A DNA stretch of 55,203 nt from Atopobium sp. UBA6362 (GCA_002440065.1 DJRK01000007.1:10036-65238), one strand, 5' to 3'; positions 26,770-36,819 are shown, counted from the first letter of the stretch. Made by a program: numbers and translations. Notes: generated by a model from the sequence alone, not told the origin.

Positions 26770-29700
26770 TTATGCGTTGCGACGGCGCGCGATCGCGCAC
26801 GCGGCGACGAGCGCAGCGCCAAGAAGCGCACAAGCTGCCAAGAAGCCCGGCTCCGCGGATTCGTCGCCGGAGGCCGGCAACGCGGCCTTCTTTGTGTCGG
26901 CCACGGGTTGCTGGCCGGCGGAGGCGGCGTCCTTGGCCGCATCGGTCGGGGCGGCCGGCGTGCCAGGCGTGGTCGGCGTACTGGGCGCGGTCGGCGTGCT
27001 CGGGTCGCTCGGCACGGGGTCCACCGGCGCGGACTTCTGCGCTACGGTGAACGTCGTGGAGGCGGTGCCGCTCTGCGACACGACGTCGAGCGTGTGCTCG
27101 CCCGCGGAGAGCGTCGCGAGGTACTCCGCCTTGAGCACGACGACGGTACTGCCCTCGGAGAGCTCGTAGCAGCCGCGGTCGAGCTCATTGCCGTCGACCT
27201 TCACGGCACAGAACAGCTCGTACGGGGCGTTGGAACGGAACTTGAGGGACGCCCCCTCGCCCAGGACGGCCTTCTGGCCCGCGCCCTCCACGATCGCGGG
27301 GGCGAGCATCGGGGTCTCCTCCGCTGCGCCTTCGGCGCCGCAGACCTTGCAGACCTGGCGCCTCGAGCCCTTGGAGCTCGTCGTGGCGGCCGTGACCGTC
27401 TCCCATTCGAAGTCGTGGGCAGCCTCGTCGATGCGCTCGCCGCAGGCGCAGACGTGCCAGTGGGAGGCCGCATCGCTCTTCCAGCCGGTGCCGTCGGGCT
27501 CGTGCCTCTTCACGCCCTCGACCGTCACGAGCGCGTCGTCCTCGAGGTCGCGCAGCTCATAGGTGCCGTCGTCGGCGAGCTCGACCTTCTGGCCGTTGAC
27601 CCGGACGGCGAACTCCTGGGACTTGAAGTAGCCGTCGGCGAGCGCGAAGGAGAGCTTCGCGGACCCGCGCCACCCGAGCTCAGCAGGCTCGGCCGAGACG
27701 CTGTAGCCCACCTGGGAGGCGGGAAGCGACACGACGAGCTTGCGGCCCTCGGCGACCTCGGCCGTGGTGGCCGGAGAGGCGTCGTGGTTGGGACCGGCCT
27801 TGTAGCGGACCTCGTAGGCGCCCGCCGCCAAACCGCGCAGCTCGCCGTCCTCAGCAACCGCCGAGAAGGACTGGTCGCCCTGGGCCCTCCACTCCATCCG
27901 AGTCGTGACGCCCGTGATGGAACCATCCTTCTTGCCGCTCACGGTCTCGGCGACCGCCTGAACGACCGGGGCGCCCTGCTCGGCCCTGGCTATCGTGAAC
28001 TCGCAGGTCAGACCGTCCTCGGGCAGGGCATAGTTGCCGGCCGCGGAGCCGGTGAGCCCCGTGATGGCCGCCGTGTGAGAGCCGGCCCCGGAGGCGGAGC
28101 CCTCGACGGTCGCCGAGAGGTCGTCGTCCCCCACCACGTTGCCGATTGTGGCCTCGGGGGCCTTGGCCTCGCCGTCGTAGGTAAAGCGGGTCGTGCCCCA
28201 CGCCACGGTGACGACGCGGCGCTCGATCGAGAAGGTCCCGGGGACGAAGGCGACCGCGTAGTTGGGGTTGGCGCCCTCGGGCTGCCCCGCGCTCACGGCG
28301 TAGCCGCCGTCGCGGACGGACTCGCCCGCCTCGCGGGAGACCTCGACGCCCTCGAGGGAGTCGCCCTCCGCGAGCGAGCCGCCGGCGATCTCCCAGCCCA
28401 GGGCCGGGTCGGCGTCGCCGTAGGTCTTGGAGCCGTCGAGCGCCCGCACGGTCACCGGGCGCGGCAGGACCTCGAGCGCGACCTCGCCCTCGACCACGGA
28501 CCCGCCGACGGAGACGCGGTACCGGACGGCGAGCCTGCCGGCGTCCTTCATCTCCGGCGCCTCGGCGGACCAGGTCGCGCCGCCGTCCAAGCTGTACTCG
28601 GCCCGCGCGCCCTCGGGCAGCGACGACGCGTCAACGCCGTGCGCCTCCCCGTCGTAGACGCCGGACCAGCCGGAGACGGAGGCCGCCGGGATCTCCACGT
28701 CGCCCAGCCTGTAGCCGCAAACCCCGCACTCCTCGTGGCCGGAGCCGGGCTCGGCAGCGGTGGGCGCCCTATCCACGACCCACGCGAGGTCGTGGGCGGC
28801 CTCGTCGATGCGCTCCCCGCAGGCGCAAGCGTGCCAGTGGGAGGCCTCGTCGGAGAGCCACTCGTCGCTCACGGCCTCGTGCCTCTTCACGCCCTCGACC
28901 GTGACCTCGAGGTCGCCCTCGACGTTCTCGACGCTGAACGTGCCCGCGCCGTCCACCTCGACGACATTGCCGTTGACCTTGACGCAGAACGCCTCTGGAT
29001 CAGCAAAGAAGTCCGGCTCAATATCAATAGTAAAACTAGCCGTATCGTGCCAGGAAAGCTCGGTCGCCTGAGCGACGAGCATGTAGCCGACCTGCTCGGC
29101 AGGCAGCGTCACGGCGAGCTTGCGGCCGGGCGCAACCGTCGCCTCGGCCTCGGCGGACGCCTCGAGGTTGTCCGTGGCGGCACGGCGCACAAAGTACTTG
29201 CCGGCAGCAAGGCCATCGACCTCGGTTGCGTCGCCCACAGCCGCGTACTCGTCGGACCCGTCCGCGCGCCACTCCATCGAGGAATCGACGCCCGTGACGG
29301 AACCGTCCTTCTTTCCGCTCACGGTCTCGGCGACGGCTTGGACCTCAGGCGCATCCTGCATACCCTTCTGAATCTCGTAATCGCAGGTCAGGCCATCGGT
29401 AGGCAGAGCGTAGTTACCAGCGGCCTCGCCCGTGAGGCCCACAGCGCTCGCCGTGTAGGGGCCGGCGTCGACACCGCGGCCTCCATCGACCTTGAGCGCC
29501 ACGTCGTCGTTGCCGCAGACGTTGCCCAAGCGCGCGTTCGGCCCCTGCTCGCGGCCGTTGTAAACGTAGCCGCCCGCTTCCCACGTAATGCCCAGGACGC
29601 GCTTCTCGATAACGAAGGTGCCGGACCTGAAGGCGATGCGGTAGTTCGCGTTCGCCCCCTCGGGCTGCCCCGCGCTCACGGTGTAGCCGCCCTCGAGCAC

Positions 29701-32700
29701 GTCCTCGCCCGCCTCGCGGGAGACCTCGACGCCCTCGAGCGTCTCGCCCTCCACGAGCGAGCCCTGCTCGACCTCCCAGCCCAGCGCCGGGTCGCCGTCG
29801 CCGTAGGTCTTGGACCCGTCGGAGGCGCGCACGGTCAGCGGCCGGGGCGTGACCTCAAGAAGCACCTCGCCCTCGCATTCCTCGCCAGACGTGAGCGTCG
29901 CCTTGAACTCGACCGTCATGGAGCCCACGTTGCGGATCACAGGGGACTCGGTCGTCCACTCCTCGTCGCAGGAGACGCGGTACTTGATCGCGCTCACCTC
30001 GCCCGCGTCGACCGTCACGCCATGCGCCGCGCCGTCGTAGACGCCCGTGTAGCCCGTGATGCCCACAGCCGGGATCTCGACCTCGCCGCTCTCGTGGCCG
30101 CAGACCTTGCACGTGCCGTGCTTGATGCCGGTCGCGACGGGGGTCGGGGCCTTGTCCACGACCCACTCGTAGTCGTGCTCGGCGTTCATCTTGATGGTCC
30201 TGGTCTCCGCGTTGCCGGCCGAGTCGGTCGCCACGATCACGTGCTCGGACGCGACATCGCCCTCAGCCGCGTGCACGGTGAATCTGCCGTCCGCACCCGC
30301 CGTGAGCGGCGCGCCGTTGTCGGTCACCGTCACGGTCTCGTCGCGGTCGTCGAGGACGTCGAAGGACACGCTCTCGCAGTAGGTATCGCCCTCCCAAATG
30401 TCGTAGATCACGGGAGCATAGGTGTCCTCATAGGTGTAGGACTGCTGGCCGGTGTAGTAATCCTCGATACCGCAGGCCCGGCAGACCTTGATGCGCACGC
30501 CGTCCGTCTCGGGCGTCGCGGGCGTAATGATCTTGTACACCCACTTGCAGCTCTCGCGCTCGACGGCGCGCCCACAGTACCTGCAAGGCTTGTAATGCCA
30601 GCCCGGCTCGCCCTGTTTCCAACCCCCGTCCCTCACGGCATGGGGCCCGGCCGCGATCTGGACCTCGGTATCAGGGGACGCGTTGTGGTTGTAGTCGGCG
30701 GCGTAGCGCACGTAATAGGTTCCCGTGCTCCTGAGGCCGCTGATGGAGCCGTCGTTCGCCGCCTTGGTGTAGGCCTTTCCGGAGCTGCTGCGATACTCCA
30801 TCTGAGAAGTTGCGCCAAGAATAGCGCCGTCGTTGCTGTTGCATCTGGTCCAGTTCTGGGCCGTGAGGCCTGTGGGCGCAGGCTGGTCGGCCTTCTCGAT
30901 CTTCACGGTCTTCTTGCCGGTGACGGTCAAGTAGTCGGTCGCCGTGATGCGGTACTCGACCGAGTACGTCCCCGCGTTCTTGAACTGCGGGTTCTCCTCG
31001 GTCCAAGAATCGCTGTAGCCGCCGCGATACTCGATCTTCATGTCGTCGGGCGCGTTCGCGACCGCGACCTCGATGCCGTGGCCCTCGCCGTCGTAGGTAC
31101 CCTCGTAGTCCGAAGCCCTCACGTCGAAGCGGCCCACATCCACGATCTCCCAGGAGAGCGTGAGGACGCTCGTGGTGCCGGTATCGGTCGTGAAGTTGCC
31201 CTTGCCGACGACCATGCACTGATACTTGCCAGGCTCGGTCTGCTTCAGGTCGTACTCGTTCGTGCGGCTCAGCTCGTAGTCCGTGCCTTCGACCAGGTCG
31301 AACACGTCGCCGGAGCCGTTGGTGAACGTCGCGCTCTCGACGACGGGCTGGTACTCCTTGCCCGTGTAGGCGTACTTGCCGGCACCCTTGCCGCCGTCTT
31401 TGAGGGTGAAGCTGAAGGCCCTGTTCCTAACCAGGCGCCGCGGCGAGATGGTGAACGCCTTCTTGGCCTCAAGCGTCGCGCCGTAATTGGGATAGCCGGA
31501 GCTGGCCTTGAAGGTTGCGGTCACATAGTAGTGGCCGGCGTCCGTCGGGGCGCCGTCGAGCTTGGTCCCGTTCTGATAGGCCTCAGCGTCCTCCTTGGAT
31601 TTGCACTGGTACCACGTGACGTCGCCCGCGGTCACGCCCATCTGGGACATGTACTGCTGACTATATTTGTCCATAGAGATCTGAACCGGGCGGCCGTCGT
31701 AGACAAGCTCGTCCGTCTGGGAGCTCGAAGCTTTTGAGCTCATGGAGAGCTTGTAGGAGGCCAGCAGGTACCGCTTGCCCACGCCGTATTCGCAGTCCTC
31801 GTTGTGGAACGGCCCCACGCACGACGCCTTGACGCCAAGGCCGTTGAGCTCGACCTTCCAAATATCCGTGTGGATGGTCTCGCGGAACGTGAGCTCGCCG
31901 TTGAGACTCACGATCTCGTATTTGTCGGAGTTGCCGTCGTTCTCGGCCGAGCCGTCCGGAATCACGCCTTTGATCTTGCTTGACGCGCAGGTGCCCAGCA
32001 CGCGGGGAACGGGCAGGCTGCCGTCCTCGTTCCCCTCGATGGAGATCACCACGTTGTCCCCGATGCCGCCCATGGACGAGAAGCCCGAGGCGAGGTTCAG
32101 GGACGGAGCCGATGCGTTGGCGTCGCTCTTCTTTGGGATATAGAGGCTCTTGGCGGTGCCGGTCGCGATGTCGGCCTCGGTGTAATGGTCGCCCTCATCC
32201 GTGCTTCCGGCATGGTCGTTCTTCCAGAAGCTCCAAATCTTGGGCGAGCCGTCGAGCGTGATGGTACCGGCGGCGTACACCATACATGTATTGCCTCGGG
32301 CCCCATAACGACTGATCTCGCCGCCGTTGATGTTGCAACGAGCGCTGCGGGCGACATTGAGGGCGTCGACCGTCATGGTGCAGTCGGCGGAACTCGAACG
32401 CGTGCTGTGGAAGTTGGCGATCCTGGTGTTGTTGAGGTTGACCGTAGCGTTGGTCACGCCCATGACGCCGGCGACGGCAAGCTTGCCGCCGGCGTTCATC
32501 ATCGCGAACTCCTTGGTCTCCTCGACCGAGGTGTAGTTCTTGTTCGTCTGCCAGATGCCTTCGTCCACATGAGCGGAGAACTCGCAGTTGTTGAAGGTCG
32601 CGGTCAAGTTTGAGGTGGCATCTTTGTCGTTTGAGTTGCCCACGACGGAAACCGCGCCGTTGTAGTCGCCGGACGTGCTATAGAACACGCAGTCGGTGAA

Positions 32701-33501
32701 CGTGGCGTTGAGCGGGTTGCGGTTTCCTTGGTTGGTGCCGTTGTCGTAGTTGGCGCGGAACAGACGCACGGGCACGGCGTACTCGTAGATGCCGCCGTTG
32801 CCCGCCCATCCGGTCGAATTGCCAACATAGTCGGGAATATACAGCTGCTGGAAATCGGCAGTCAGCTTGCCCGCGGTGTTGCCGAGCGAGATTGCGGGCA
32901 CTTTCTGATTCATCTTGCGGTCATACGACAAGAAGAGGTGATCCTGCGAGCCGTCACCGACTTTCAGGCTGACCGAGATATCGCCCGTCGCGTTCTTGTA
33001 GCCGTTTTCGTAGTAGCGATCGGTCAAAAAGCCGCTCGCAGCTTGGAAATACTTATCTTTATCATGGAAGCGAATGCTCGGCTCATTGACGCCGATGAAC
33101 TCGATATTGCTTCCCTGTTTGATGTTGAACAGCCACTTCCTGTCGCCGATTAACCCGTTCGAATACCGGTTCACGTAGACGGTGCCGTCTATGTAGATTC
33201 GCACGGGGTTGTACCAGGTCGCGTTCGGCACGTCGATGGTGTAACCCATGATGGGCGTCATCTCGTCCTCGGCCGTCTTGAGCACGTAACTGCCGGGCTC
33301 GGTGATCTGTATGGGAGTCGTTTTGTCCGCCTGCTCGAGCGGCAGCACCTCGGCCGTCACGCCGTCGGGCATAGTTTGCGTCTCGGTCGCGGCAACGGCT
33401 GTGGTCGGCGCCGCGGCAAGCGTCGTTACGGCGACGCCCCCGAGCGTCATCGCGCCTGCGAGCACGCTCGTGAACACGCGAGCCAAGAAGGTCTTCTTCA
33501 T
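26770..33501 (-). CDS. Giant (2243 aa) sortase-anchored surface protein with MBG/Ig-like repeats and His/Cys micro-domains
   Basis: Signal peptide MKKTFLARV...AVA; repeated SKTYGD.DPAL and YDG..HG modules; PST-rich linker; LPASG, TM helix and RRR tail. Confidence 0.92.
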   Translation of the reverse strand: MKKTFLARVFTSVLAGAMTLGGVAVTTLAAAPTTAVAATETQTMPDGVTAEVLPLEQADKTTPIQITEPGSYVLKTAEDEMTPIMGYTIDVPNATWYNPVRIYIDGTVYVNRYSNGLIGDRKWLFNIKQGSNIEFIGVNEPSIRFHDKDKYFQAASGFLTDRYYENGYKNATGDISVSLKVGDGSQDHLFLSYDRKMNQKVPAISLGNTAGKLTADFQQLYIPDYVGNSTGWAGNGGIYEYAVPVRLFRANYDNGTNQGNRNPLNATFTDCVFYSTSGDYNGAVSVVGNSNDKDATSNLTATFNNCEFSAHVDEGIWQTNKNYTSVEETKEFAMMNAGGKLAVAGVMGVTNATVNLNNTRIANFHSTRSSSADCTMTVDALNVARSARCNINGGEISRYGARGNTCMVYAAGTITLDGSPKIWSFWKNDHAGSTDEGDHYTEADIATGTAKSLYIPKKSDANASAPSLNLASGFSSMGGIGDNVVISIEGNEDGSLPVPRVLGTCASSKIKGVIPDGSAENDGNSDKYEIVSLNGELTFRETIHTDIWKVELNGLGVKASCVGPFHNEDCEYGVGKRYLLASYKLSMSSKASSSQTDELVYDGRPVQISMDKYSQQYMSQMGVTAGDVTWYQCKSKEDAEAYQNGTKLDGAPTDAGHYYVTATFKASSGYPNYGATLEAKKAFTISPRRLVRNRAFSFTLKDGGKGAGKYAYTGKEYQPVVESATFTNGSGDVFDLVEGTDYELSRTNEYDLKQTEPGKYQCMVVGKGNFTTDTGTTSVLTLSWEIVDVGRFDVRASDYEGTYDGEGHGIEVAVANAPDDMKIEYRGGYSDSWTEENPQFKNAGTYSVEYRITATDYLTVTGKKTVKIEKADQPAPTGLTAQNWTRCNSNDGAILGATSQMEYRSSSGKAYTKAANDGSISGLRSTGTYYVRYAADYNHNASPDTEVQIAAGPHAVRDGGWKQGEPGWHYKPCRYCGRAVERESCKWVYKIITPATPETDGVRIKVCRACGIEDYYTGQQSYTYEDTYAPVIYDIWEGDTYCESVSFDVLDDRDETVTVTDNGAPLTAGADGRFTVHAAEGDVASEHVIVATDSAGNAETRTIKMNAEHDYEWVVDKAPTPVATGIKHGTCKVCGHESGEVEIPAVGITGYTGVYDGAAHGVTVDAGEVSAIKYRVSCDEEWTTESPVIRNVGSMTVEFKATLTSGEECEGEVLLEVTPRPLTVRASDGSKTYGDGDPALGWEVEQGSLVEGETLEGVEVSREAGEDVLEGGYTVSAGQPEGANANYRIAFRSGTFVIEKRVLGITWEAGGYVYNGREQGPNARLGNVCGNDDVALKVDGGRGVDAGPYTASAVGLTGEAAGNYALPTDGLTCDYEIQKGMQDAPEVQAVAETVSGKKDGSVTGVDSSMEWRADGSDEYAAVGDATEVDGLAAGKYFVRRAATDNLEASAEAEATVAPGRKLAVTLPAEQVGYMLVAQATELSWHDTASFTIDIEPDFFADPEAFCVKVNGNVVEVDGAGTFSVENVEGDLEVTVEGVKRHEAVSDEWLSDEASHWHACACGERIDEAAHDLAWVVDRAPTAAEPGSGHEECGVCGYRLGDVEIPAASVSGWSGVYDGEAHGVDASSLPEGARAEYSLDGGATWSAEAPEMKDAGRLAVRYRVSVGGSVVEGEVALEVLPRPVTVRALDGSKTYGDADPALGWEIAGGSLAEGDSLEGVEVSREAGESVRDGGYAVSAGQPEGANPNYAVAFVPGTFSIERRVVTVAWGTTRFTYDGEAKAPEATIGNVVGDDDLSATVEGSASGAGSHTAAITGLTGSAAGNYALPEDGLTCEFTIARAEQGAPVVQAVAETVSGKKDGSITGVTTRMEWRAQGDQSFSAVAEDGELRGLAAGAYEVRYKAGPNHDASPATTAEVAEGRKLVVSLPASQVGYSVSAEPAELGWRGSAKLSFALADGYFKSQEFAVRVNGQKVELADDGTYELRDLEDDALVTVEGVKRHEPDGTGWKSDAASHWHVCACGERIDEAAHDFEWETVTAATTSSKGSRRQVCKVCGAEGAAEETPMLAPAIVEGAGQKAVLGEGASLKFRSNAPYELFCAVKVDGNELDRGCYELSEGSTVVVLKAEYLATLSAGEHTLDVVSQSGTASTTFTVAQKSAPVDPVPSDPSTPTAPSTPTTPGTPAAPTDAAKDAASAGQQPVADTKKAALPASGDESAEPGFLAACALLGAALVAACAIARRRNA
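27400..30178 (-). repeat. Two tandem ~1.38-kb (about 461 aa) intragenic super-repeats
   Basis: HD.{2}W at ~30178, ~28795 and ~27417; block CCCTCGGGCTGCCCCGCGCTCACGG at 28274 and 29657; AVAETVSGKKDGS and SHWH.CACGERIDEAAHD each occur twice. Confidence 0.85.
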
Positions 33502-33712
33502 ATGGGCACCCCTCATTCAGAGTTGGCGGTGTCGAGTCAATGGCAATCGCCATTCTGGGTTTCTGAAAGCTGCTTGAAGAAGAATCGGCGCGAATAGCTC
33601 GTTTTTGAGAATGGAATGTCGCCGAGAATTTCGGCGAGTGGCAGGCGCACACGGCGAACGGTGTATTGGCGCGACGGCGCACGGATGCAACGGGGCGCGC
33701 GGACGAGCACAT

Positions 33713-33747
33713 AAAAAAGAACCCGCGGACACGAAGCCCGCGGGTTC
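33713..33747 (-). terminator. Intrinsic terminator of tRNA-Glu
   Basis: GAACCCGCGG/CCGCGGGTTC stem followed by T6. Confidence 0.85.
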
Positions 33748-33761
33748 GAACAAAATGCAAG

Positions 33762-33837
33762 TGGTGCCCCCAACGGGACTCGAACCCGTGTACCGGCCTT
33801 GAAAGGGCCGTGTCCTGGACCGCTAGACGATGGGGAC
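33762..33837 (-). tRNA. tRNA-Glu(TTC)
   Basis: GTCCCCATCGTCTAGCGGTCCAGGAC...CGGCC-CTTTCAA-GGCCG...GGTTCGAGTCC...GCACCA. Confidence 0.96.
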
Positions 33838-33893
33838 GCGGAAGTTAAGTATACCGAATGGCAGGTTTGATGCCAGGCAGCTTTTGGGTCATT

Positions 33894-33978
33894 TGGTAGG
33901 GGCGGTGGGACTCGAACCCACAATCCTTTCGGCCGTGGATTTTAAGTCCACTGCGTATGCCAATTCCGCCACGCCCCC
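33894..33978 (-). tRNA. tRNA-Leu(TAA)
   Basis: GGGGGCGTGGCGGAATTGGCATACGC...GTGGA-CTTAAAA-TCCAC, long variable arm, GGTTCGAGTCC...ACCA. Confidence 0.96.
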
Positions 33979-33995
33979 AACCGGTCGCGCATTGC

Positions 33996-35060
33996 CTAGT
34001 CTAACCCACTTTGCGCGGGCGGCGCAGTCGGAATCGGGCGCATGACGGGCTTCCAACCCACCGGGGAAGGCACGGGTTCGACGGAAGGGAGCGCGGTCGC
34101 GGCGGCGAGTGCAAGGCCAAAGAGCAGGTCGCTCTCGCTCACGATGAGCTCGTCGAAACCGGTTTGGGCCATAAGCTCGCCGATGGCCACGGCGCCGCCC
34201 AGGATGACGGGCGCGCGCTTGGCCTGGATTCCCGGCAACGCCGCGCGCTGCTCGACCGTCAAGCCGGCAAGAAGGCCCTCGAGCTCGCGCACCTTGCCCG
34301 CGCTCAGGTGCGCGAGGTGCACGCGGGACGAGTCGTAGGGCTCGAGCTTCAGGTCGAGCGCGACGAGCGTCGTCACGGTGCCGCCGCAGACCACGAGGGC
34401 CTCGGGCGCGGTCGGTGCGTCGGGGGCCGCGGGCGCGGCGCCGGAGCCTACCGCGTGGAGGCCGCCCTTCTTGACCGCGGGGGCAAAGAGGCCTGCCGCG
34501 AACTCGTGCGCCGCGGCGAGGGCGGCCTCGCCCGGCAGCTCGGAGCCGCTCAGGAACTTATCGGTAATGCGGCGGCAACCCACGTCCGTCGAGCAAACAA
34601 ACCCCAGGTCAAGAGTGCCGTTCGCGAGAACCCCGCACGCAAGCTCCGTCGAGCCGCCGCCGTTGTCGGCCACGAGGATGCGGCGCCCCTCGAAGTTCTG
34701 CGCCACGCCCAGGAAGGTGAGCGACCCCTCGACCTCGCCCGGGATCACCATGGGCTCGAGGCCCAGCGAACGCAGCGCCGCCTCGAGCTCGCCGGAATTC
34801 TTCGCATCCCGCGCGGCGCTCGTGAGCGTGCAGCACACGCCCTCCGCACCGGCCTCGCACGCGCTCGCCACGTACTCGCGGCAACACAGGAACACGCGCT
34901 CCATGGCGTCCTGCGCGAGCATGCGGGTCTTGTCGACGCCCTGGCCCAGGTTGCAGATCTCGGAGTGCTTCGCCAGGCGCAGGACGCGCCCGCCCTCGAC
35001 GTCGGCCACGGCCAGGCGCGCCGTCACCGTCCCGATGTCGATGCAAGCGACTCTCCTCAT
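33996..35060 (-). CDS. ppx: Ppx/GppA-family phosphatase
   Basis: CIDIGTVTARL, TSAARDAKN, DNGGGSTE, GGTVTT and SESDLLFG. Confidence 0.88.
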   Translation of the reverse strand: MRRVACIDIGTVTARLAVADVEGGRVLRLAKHSEICNLGQGVDKTRMLAQDAMERVFLCCREYVASACEAGAEGVCCTLTSAARDAKNSGELEAALRSLGLEPMVIPGEVEGSLTFLGVAQNFEGRRILVADNGGGSTELACGVLANGTLDLGFVCSTDVGCRRITDKFLSGSELPGEAALAAAHEFAAGLFAPAVKKGGLHAVGSGAAPAAPDAPTAPEALVVCGGTVTTLVALDLKLEPYDSSRVHLAHLSAGKVRELEGLLAGLTVEQRAALPGIQAKRAPVILGGAVAIGELMAQTGFDELIVSESDLLFGLALAAATALPSVEPVPSPVGWKPVMRPIPTAPPAQSGLD

Positions 35061-35078
35061 GCCATTCCCCTTCCCCGC

Positions 35079-35124
35079 AATTTGGGGTCGGACCCCAAAT
35101 TAACTTAGGGTCCGACCCCAAATT
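35079..35124. repeat. Inverted doublet of the 23-bp palindrome
   Basis: AATTTGGGGTCGGACCCCAAATT + AACTTAGGGTCCGACCCCAAATT, flanked by GC on both sides. Confidence 0.92.
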
Positions 35125-35127
35125 GCC

Positions 35128-35703
35128 TCAGTTCGCGACGTAGTTAAAAACGGTGTCCCCCAGCTTGATGTACCAGGGGTCGGACTCGGCCGAGCCACCC
35201 GCGTCGGAGGTTTCCTGGTCCTCCTCGGGAACGTTCTCCTGCACGACCTTCGTCTCGCCCTCGGACACGTAGCCGCGGCGACGGGCCTCGTCCTCGATGC
35301 CCTCCTTGGTCTGGAGGCTCGAGATGTCGTCCTTGTACTGCTCGTTGCTCTGGTTGAGCGCATCGAGCTGCTCCTGGAGGGCCGCGCTCGACCGCCACGC
35401 CACGTAGTACTGGCGGGCAGGGCCGTAGATCGCGGCGACGAGCAGCACGACCGCCCCCAGGACGATGAGCTGGCGCGCATGCCCGATCAAGAAGTTCCCG
35501 ATGGCCGCGAAGACTCCCCCGTCCACGGTCTCGTACTGGTGCGCCGCCTCGCGCCGCGGCTCGGCGGGCCTGCGCTCGGACGCCCTGTCGGGGGCCACGC
35601 GGGCCTCACGCATACGCGCCGCGCGCTCCGAGCTGCGGACGCCCCGTCGGGCGCTACGCTCGCTACGCGCGCTTGACCTGGTGTTTTGCGTGGTGTCTCT
35701 CAT
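35128..35703 (-). CDS. Septum formation initiator (FtsB/DivIC-like)
   Basis: Basic N-terminus, one TM, coiled coil and GIEDEARRRGYVSEGE; upstream of ppx. Confidence 0.85.
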   Translation of the reverse strand: MRDTTQNTRSSARSERSARRGVRSSERAARMREARVAPDRASERRPAEPRREAAHQYETVDGGVFAAIGNFLIGHARQLIVLGAVVLLVAAIYGPARQYYVAWRSSAALQEQLDALNQSNEQYKDDISSLQTKEGIEDEARRRGYVSEGETKVVQENVPEEDQETSDAGGSAESDPWYIKLGDTVFNYVAN

Positions 35704-35800
35704 GCCGTCGCTTCGTTTGGGGTGTGTTTCGGGCCGCGCGGCGAGAACCGCGCATCTGGGCTTCTAGTTATACCAGAGGGCCCGCCGCGCGCCGCGGCGC

Positions 35801-36763
35801 TTAGCGAGTCTCCTCAGCCTTCGCACGGTCCCAGAGCTCGTTCTGCTCGGCGGTCGAGAAATCCGCGAGGTCGCAGCCCGACTCGCGAGCGAGCTCCTCC
35901 ATGCGCGCCCAGCGCCGACGGAACTTGCGGTTGGACGCGGCGAGGGCCTCCTCGGCGTCGATCCCTTCTTTGCGCGCGACGTTTACCAGGGCAAAGAGCA
36001 GGTCGCCGAACTCCTCGGCCGCGGCCTGCGAACCCGGCTCCTCCGCCTCGAACTCCGCGCGCTCCTCCGCGACCTTGTCCCAGACATCGGCCGTCGTCTC
36101 CCACTCGAAGCCGGCCTTCGCCGCGCGCTTGGAGATCTTCTGGGCCTGCATCAGGGCGGGCAGGCTGGCCGGCACGGAGTCAAGAAGCCCCGCGGCCTCC
36201 CCGCCCGCGAGCTCGCCGCGGGCCTCGCGCTCCAGGCGCTTCACGTCGTCCCAGATGTCGAGGACGGCCGGCGCGTCGGGGGCCGGGGCGTCGAAGCCGC
36301 TGGTCTTCTCGGCATCGGCCTCGCCGGCCTCCGCCTCGGCCGCAAGGTCGCCAAAGACGTGCGGGTGCCGGCGCACGAGCTTCTCGTTCAGGCCCCGGGC
36401 CACGTCGTCGATGTCGAACTCGCCCGCGTCCTCGGCTATCTGCGCGTGAAGAAGCACCTGCTCGAGCACGTCGCCGAGCTCCTCGCACAGGTGCGCGTCG
36501 TCGCGGGCGTCGATGGCGTCCACGGCCTCGTAGGCCTCCTCGACCATGTTGCGCGTGATGCTCCCGTGGGTCTGCTCGCGATCCCACGGGCAGCCGTCGG
36601 CCTGGCGAAGGCGCCAAATGGTGCGGATGAGGCGGTCCATCTGCGGGTGACCCGCCGGGGCCTCCGCGCGCGAGGCGTTCTGCCCGTCCACCAGGTCGGA
36701 CAGCAGCCGCCCGTCCTCGAGCCTGCACTCCGGCTGCCCGAACTTCCCCGCCTCGAACCTCAT
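35801..36763 (-). CDS. mazG: Nucleoside triphosphate pyrophosphohydrolase MazG
   Basis: GCPWDREQTH, EEAYEAVDAI, EELGDVL, KLVRRHPHVFG and EEFGDLLF. Confidence 0.95.
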   Translation of the reverse strand: MRFEAGKFGQPECRLEDGRLLSDLVDGQNASRAEAPAGHPQMDRLIRTIWRLRQADGCPWDREQTHGSITRNMVEEAYEAVDAIDARDDAHLCEELGDVLEQVLLHAQIAEDAGEFDIDDVARGLNEKLVRRHPHVFGDLAAEAEAGEADAEKTSGFDAPAPDAPAVLDIWDDVKRLEREARGELAGGEAAGLLDSVPASLPALMQAQKISKRAAKAGFEWETTADVWDKVAEERAEFEAEEPGSQAAAEEFGDLLFALVNVARKEGIDAEEALAASNRKFRRRWARMEELARESGCDLADFSTAEQNELWDRAKAEETR

Positions 36764-36782
36764 CTTTGCTCCTCTCGCCACA

Positions 36783-36813
36783 ACTCAATTTGGGGTCCGA
36801 CCCCAAATTGAGT
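36783..36813. repeat. 23-bp palindrome singlet extended to 31 bp
   Basis: ACTC-AATTTGGGGTCCGACCCCAAATT-GAGT. Confidence 0.92.
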
Positions 36814-36819
36814 CTCCGG

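Noticed and set aside
26908..31737. 1609-aa plus-strand ORF
   Set aside because: Antisense shadow of the giant surface protein caused by high-GC codon bias; no motifs
33502..33712. Riboswitch upstream of the giant protein (also checked 6204-6450 and 24240-24500)
   Set aside because: Only short hairpins; no aptamer or T-box consensus recognised by eye. An Rfam/Infernal scan would be decisive
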